A stretch of 10,249 bases of DNA from Methanobacteriota archaeon. GTDB taxonomy: Archaea > Hydrothermarchaeota > Hydrothermarchaeia > Hydrothermarchaeales > JACRDW01. A program made the position numbers and the translations under genes. Under the pieces are notes generated by a model. It was not told the origin of the DNA. It was given only the letters and a program-made list of their open reading frames with translations, and made no database searches. Positions 7,525 to 10,249 of the stretch are shown here, in pieces (positions within the stretch are counted from its first letter, which is position 1; the number at the start of each line of letters is the position of its first letter). The stretch is from positions 1 to 10,249 of the forward strand of contig JBDRDL010000017.1 in NCBI GenBank assembly GCA_043820925.1. The letters are read 5' to 3'.

Positions 7525-7610
7525 GTATTCTATTCTCACTTCCTTGCTTATATTTTTAGCGTTTCGGATAGTTTTGCTGGATATGAAGAGAAGCGTACTA
7601 TTTGGATAAG

Positions 7611-7626
7611 CGAAAGCTTTAAATAT
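7611..7626 (+). promoter_or_regulatory. BRE-TATA promoter (CGAAAGC-TTTAAATA) for the wHTH-recombinase unit
   Basis: Canonical archaeal BRE+TATA ~26 nt upstream of ATG 7652. Confidence 0.7.
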
Positions 7627-7651
7627 CCACTTATATTATTTAAAATATATT

Positions 7652-8170
7652 ATGAAAGATACATTTTTCCAGGAAAGGGGGAAGCAAATTCTGCTCTCAC
7701 TAGCCGAGATGAATAAACGGCACATATCCCAGGTTGCAAGCGATATAAAAGGCACATATGCGCACACTTTCAATCTTTTGAAAGAGATGGAGGGCACCAA
7801 GATAGTCAAGTCCGTTAAAAAAGGGCGTACAAGGTACGTGAGTCTGACGGAAAAGGGCAAAAAGCTGGCAGGCTTGCTGCAAAATTTTATAGCGACTCTA
7901 AAAAGCAGGCGGGCAGGAAGTACAAATAAAAAAACCCCCACTGACAAAAAACTGCAGAAGTATGCTGCCTCTCTGAATTCTATTCTGAAAAAGATAAAAT
8001 CACGAAAGCTGAGTTCAACGCAGGCTGCGAAATATGCTAGGCTTGCAGGCAGATTTAGAACATTGAATTCAAGACTCAGACCGAAAGATAGGACTGGGAA
8101 AAGGCTCAAAGAAGAAGTAATTTCGCTAATACAGGAAATTGAGCTCGTGCTAAAAGCGCACAAGGTGTGA
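7652..8170 (+). CDS. Winged helix-turn-helix (MarR-like) DNA-binding protein with basic helical C-terminal extension
   Basis: HISQVASDIKGTYAHTFNLLKEMEGTKIVKSVKKGRTRYVSLTEKGKKLA is a typical HTH plus wing. The C-terminal ~90 aa are Lys/Arg-rich and unrecognised. Confidence 0.85.
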   Translation: MKDTFFQERGKQILLSLAEMNKRHISQVASDIKGTYAHTFNLLKEMEGTKIVKSVKKGRTRYVSLTEKGKKLAGLLQNFIATLKSRRAGSTNKKTPTDKKLQKYAASLNSILKKIKSRKLSSTQAAKYARLAGRFRTLNSRLRPKDRTGKRLKEEVISLIQEIELVLKAHKV

Positions 8171-8172
8171 AA

Positions 8173-9120
8173 ATGAAACCTGCTGTCGCCATACCGTTAG
8201 GTGGGCACTCGTTCCGAAGGAACGAAAGCATGAGCGACACTCATGCGCTCGCTTCTGCGAAGCGAGTGCGCAAGACTGGTGGTCTTGCTGTCGCAATCTA
8301 TACCAGGGTTTCGACAGAAGACCAGGCAAAGGAAGGTTTCTCCCTGGATGCGCAGATCGAGAGGCTGCGCAGCTACTGCGAGGCGAGAGGCTGGAGTATA
8401 TATAAAGAGTATGTAGACGACGGCTACTCCGGCAGGGACGTAAAACGTCCCGCATATGCTGCAATGATGCAGGAGATAGACAAGTGGGACATTTTGCTCG
8501 TAATGAAGATGGACCGTATCCACCGCAACTCCCGCAACTTCATGGAGATGATGGACTCGCTGCGAAAGTATGACAAGGAATTCGTTAGCATGACTGAATC
8601 GCTCGATACGAGCACTGCAATGGGGCGCTTCGTTGTCGATATTATCCAGCGGATAGCACAGCTGGAGAGTGAGCAGATTGGGGAGAGGGTTTACTGTGGT
8701 ATGAAGCAAAAGGCGCAGACACCGATTGAGAATCTGGCTCCAAATAAAGGCACATATTTAGGATTTGGACACCCATTTGGTTATGATTATAGTAACGGTA
8801 AGCTGAAAATAAGTAAAAATGAAGCAGTCGTGGTCAAAAAAATTTATGGCCTGTATGAGCAAGGCAATACAATATCAAAAATCGTCTCGTATCTAAATAA
8901 ATCAAAAATTCTTACCAAAAAAGGGAAAAAATGGGCAGAAAATACAGTAGCAAAAATTTTAAAAAATCCCCTTTATTCTGGTTATGCCAAATGGGACGGT
9001 ATACTAAAAAAAGGCATGCACGATATAATAATACTACCAGAACAGTTTAATACTATTCAAAAGATGATGTCAAAACGGGCGAGAAGGAATATGAGAAAGC
9101 CTATCCTTTTAGAGGAATAA
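8173..9120 (+). CDS. Serine recombinase (resolvase catalytic domain + Recombinase DNA-binding domain, no zinc ribbon)
   Basis: AIYTRVSTEDQ (catalytic Ser codon 8311-8313), YVDDGYSG...RPAY, MDRIHRN, LDTSTAMGRF, IAQLESEQIGERV, PFGYDY, ILKNPLYSG, HDIIILPEQFNTIQ. SD AAGGTG at 8162-8167 supports ATG 8173. Confidence 0.95.
   Translation: MKPAVAIPLGGHSFRRNESMSDTHALASAKRVRKTGGLAVAIYTRVSTEDQAKEGFSLDAQIERLRSYCEARGWSIYKEYVDDGYSGRDVKRPAYAAMMQEIDKWDILLVMKMDRIHRNSRNFMEMMDSLRKYDKEFVSMTESLDTSTAMGRFVVDIIQRIAQLESEQIGERVYCGMKQKAQTPIENLAPNKGTYLGFGHPFGYDYSNGKLKISKNEAVVVKKIYGLYEQGNTISKIVSYLNKSKILTKKGKKWAENTVAKILKNPLYSGYAKWDGILKKGMHDIIILPEQFNTIQKMMSKRARRNMRKPILLEE
8181..8294. mobile_element. 105-bp in-frame palindromic insertion bounded by direct repeat TGCTGTCGC
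   Basis: Direct repeat at 8181-8189 and 8286-8294. Hairpins at 8209-8225, 8228-8246, 8248-8266 and 8270-8288. Removal restores MKPAVAIYTRVST. Confidence 0.7.
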
Positions 9121-9123
9121 ATT

Positions 9124-9508
9124 ATGAGAAACGGGGATTTTCCAAAAAAAGTAAAAGCTGAAGCCTTAAGAAGATCCGGCTTTAGATGCGAGAGATGCTG
9201 GAATTCACAAAACTTAGAATTTCACCATAGAGTACCTATTTACCAAGGTGGTGTTTCAGTATTGAAAATGTTTATGAAATTCGCTTCCCCCAAAGAAATG
9301 ATTACCTACTGTGGGGTGAAAACAGAAGTAGAGGCTATAGAAACTTGATATCACATCTCATAGGAGTTCTGTGATTGCCGGGATGGAAAAAAAAGCAAGC
9401 AAAGGCGAGATATGTGGGTTTAATGCTCCTTTTGGTTACAAGCTTGAGAACGGAAAGCTTGAAACCGTTGAAAAAGAAGCTTTGATAGTAAGAATCGCAG
9501 CAATTTAA
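9124..9508 (+). pseudogene. Degraded HNH endonuclease / recombinase-domain fusion gene
   Basis: 9124-9348 encodes F..KVKAEALRRSGFRCERC...LEFHHRVPIYQGG, the first half of an HNH domain with the N..LCxxCH half absent. The +1 frame 9341-9508 reads KLDITSHRSSVIAGMEKKASKGEICGFNAPFGYKLENGKLETVEKEALIVRI, which aligns with RVYCGMKQKA...GFGHPFGYDYSNGKLKISKNEAVVVKKI of the upstream recombinase. Confidence 0.7.
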
Positions 9509-9562
9509 TCAAGCCCAAACGCAGATGAATAAGAGAGCTATTAGAGGCTCATCCTCAGAGTA

Positions 9563-9596
9563 TTTATCAACGACGGTCTACCGTCGTTAAGATAAA
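9563..9596. repeat. Perfect palindrome AACGACGGT-CT-ACCGTCGTT with outer TTTATC/GATAAA arms
   Basis: Arms at 9569-9577 and 9580-9588 are exact reverse complements around a 2-bp centre. Confidence 0.75.
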
Positions 9597-9870
9597 ATCC
9601 GAACGTCAAATGAATATAATCGTATTACCACTGTGCCAAATGGCTCTACGTAAGGCTCTCCAGACCATTCCAAGGGCTTTTTGTGCCTTCAAAAACGTGT
9701 TTTTGTCATTAATTGTCAGCTTGCAAAGGATTCATTCGTTATTTGTTTGCTACTCATTGCCCGTGCCGCACGAGGAGTGTGGAAGGTTACTCGGAGAAAG
9801 AAGCGAGAAAAGGTTACGTTTTGGCTTGCAAGAACGACGAGGCATGCATATTACAATAATATTTGCACTT

Positions 9871-10248
9871 TTAAAACAATATTGTAAAGTCTGTCGCTTC
9901 ATTCCACTTGCTAGTTTTTTTAATTTTCTCTGGTAAAACATTATACACCTGAACATCAACTAAATCACTAGATCTTCCTGAAATCCTAACTCTAAATTCT
10001 GTAGCTTCTCTCAAGTTAATTTCTTCAAAAACAACTGCAATATCAACATCAGACCTAAAGGTTCTTTGATTCTCAACAGAAGAACCATATAAAATTATCT
10101 CTTTTATTCTTTTCTTGAATTTATGATTAAGAATTTCTTCTTTTACATCTTCAATTATTTCTTTAATAACACTCCCTTTCTTAAGCCTTAAATCAAAAGT
10201 GTGATGCGAAATTTCCTTAATAAATTCGAACTTTTTTCTAATGTCTCG
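9871..10248 (-). CDS. Minimal nucleotidyltransferase (MNT, Pol-beta superfamily) domain protein, 5' end outside the window
   Basis: Missing from the ORF track. Manual translation gives ...KRIKEIILYGSSVENQRTFRSDVDIAVVFEEINLREATEFRVRISGRSSDLVDVQVYNVLPEKIKKTSKWNEATDFTILF*, with the GS...DxD motif and a third Asp in VDVQ. Confidence 0.88.
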   Translation of the reverse strand, partial: RDIRKKFEFIKEISHHTFDLRLKKGSVIKEIIEDVKEEILNHKFKKRIKEIILYGSSVENQRTFRSDVDIAVVFEEINLREATEFRVRISGRSSDLVDVQVYNVLPEKIKKTSKWNEATDFTILF

Positions 10249-10249
10249 A

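Noticed and set aside
7632..7649. TATATT/AATATA dyad upstream of the wHTH gene as an autoregulatory operator
   Set aside because: Only 6-bp arms of pure A/T in an AT-rich region, so it is expected by chance.
8190..8294. Archaeal bulge-helix-bulge intron as explanation for the recombinase insert
   Set aside because: The boundaries are direct repeats, and I could not build a BHB motif between the two ends.
9610..9959. ORFs 9610-9936 (+), 9681-9887 (+) and 9750-9959 (-)
   Set aside because: No motifs, atypical composition, and partial overlap with the MNT gene.
4491..10249. Integrated element with tRNA-Ala as attachment site
   Set aside because: No duplicate of the tRNA 3' end is seen in the window, the next gene is housekeeping valS, and tRNA targeting is more typical of tyrosine integrases.

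Overview
Archaeal chromosome segment. Gene content and TATA/BRE promoters point to Euryarchaeota, probably Thermoplasmatota-like, which is an inference. The left and middle parts are housekeeping: a SAM methyltransferase, a PUA-domain protein, Lsm/SmAP, rpl37e, purF, tRNA-Ala(GGC), valS and a CBS-domain protein. Short, strongly self-complementary inserts interrupt this part (1819-1968, 4582-4699), and a ~0.9 kb AT-rich accessory stretch lies between rpl37e and purF. The right end is accessory: a winged-helix gene, then a serine recombinase, then a decayed gene that appears to fuse an HNH nuclease to a recombinase DNA-binding segment, then a perfect 9-2-9 palindrome, then a convergent MNT-type nucleotidyltransferase running off the window. 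The main observations are four. (i) An in-frame 105-bp, hairpin-tiled insert bounded by a 9-bp direct repeat sits in the first codons of the recombinase. (ii) An HNH/recombinase-domain partner is hidden across a frameshift. (iii) A family of dispersed fold-back elements is present, one of which overlaps the valS promoter. (iv) PurF has a PIP-box-like C-terminal tail that also overlaps the likely tRNA TATA box.
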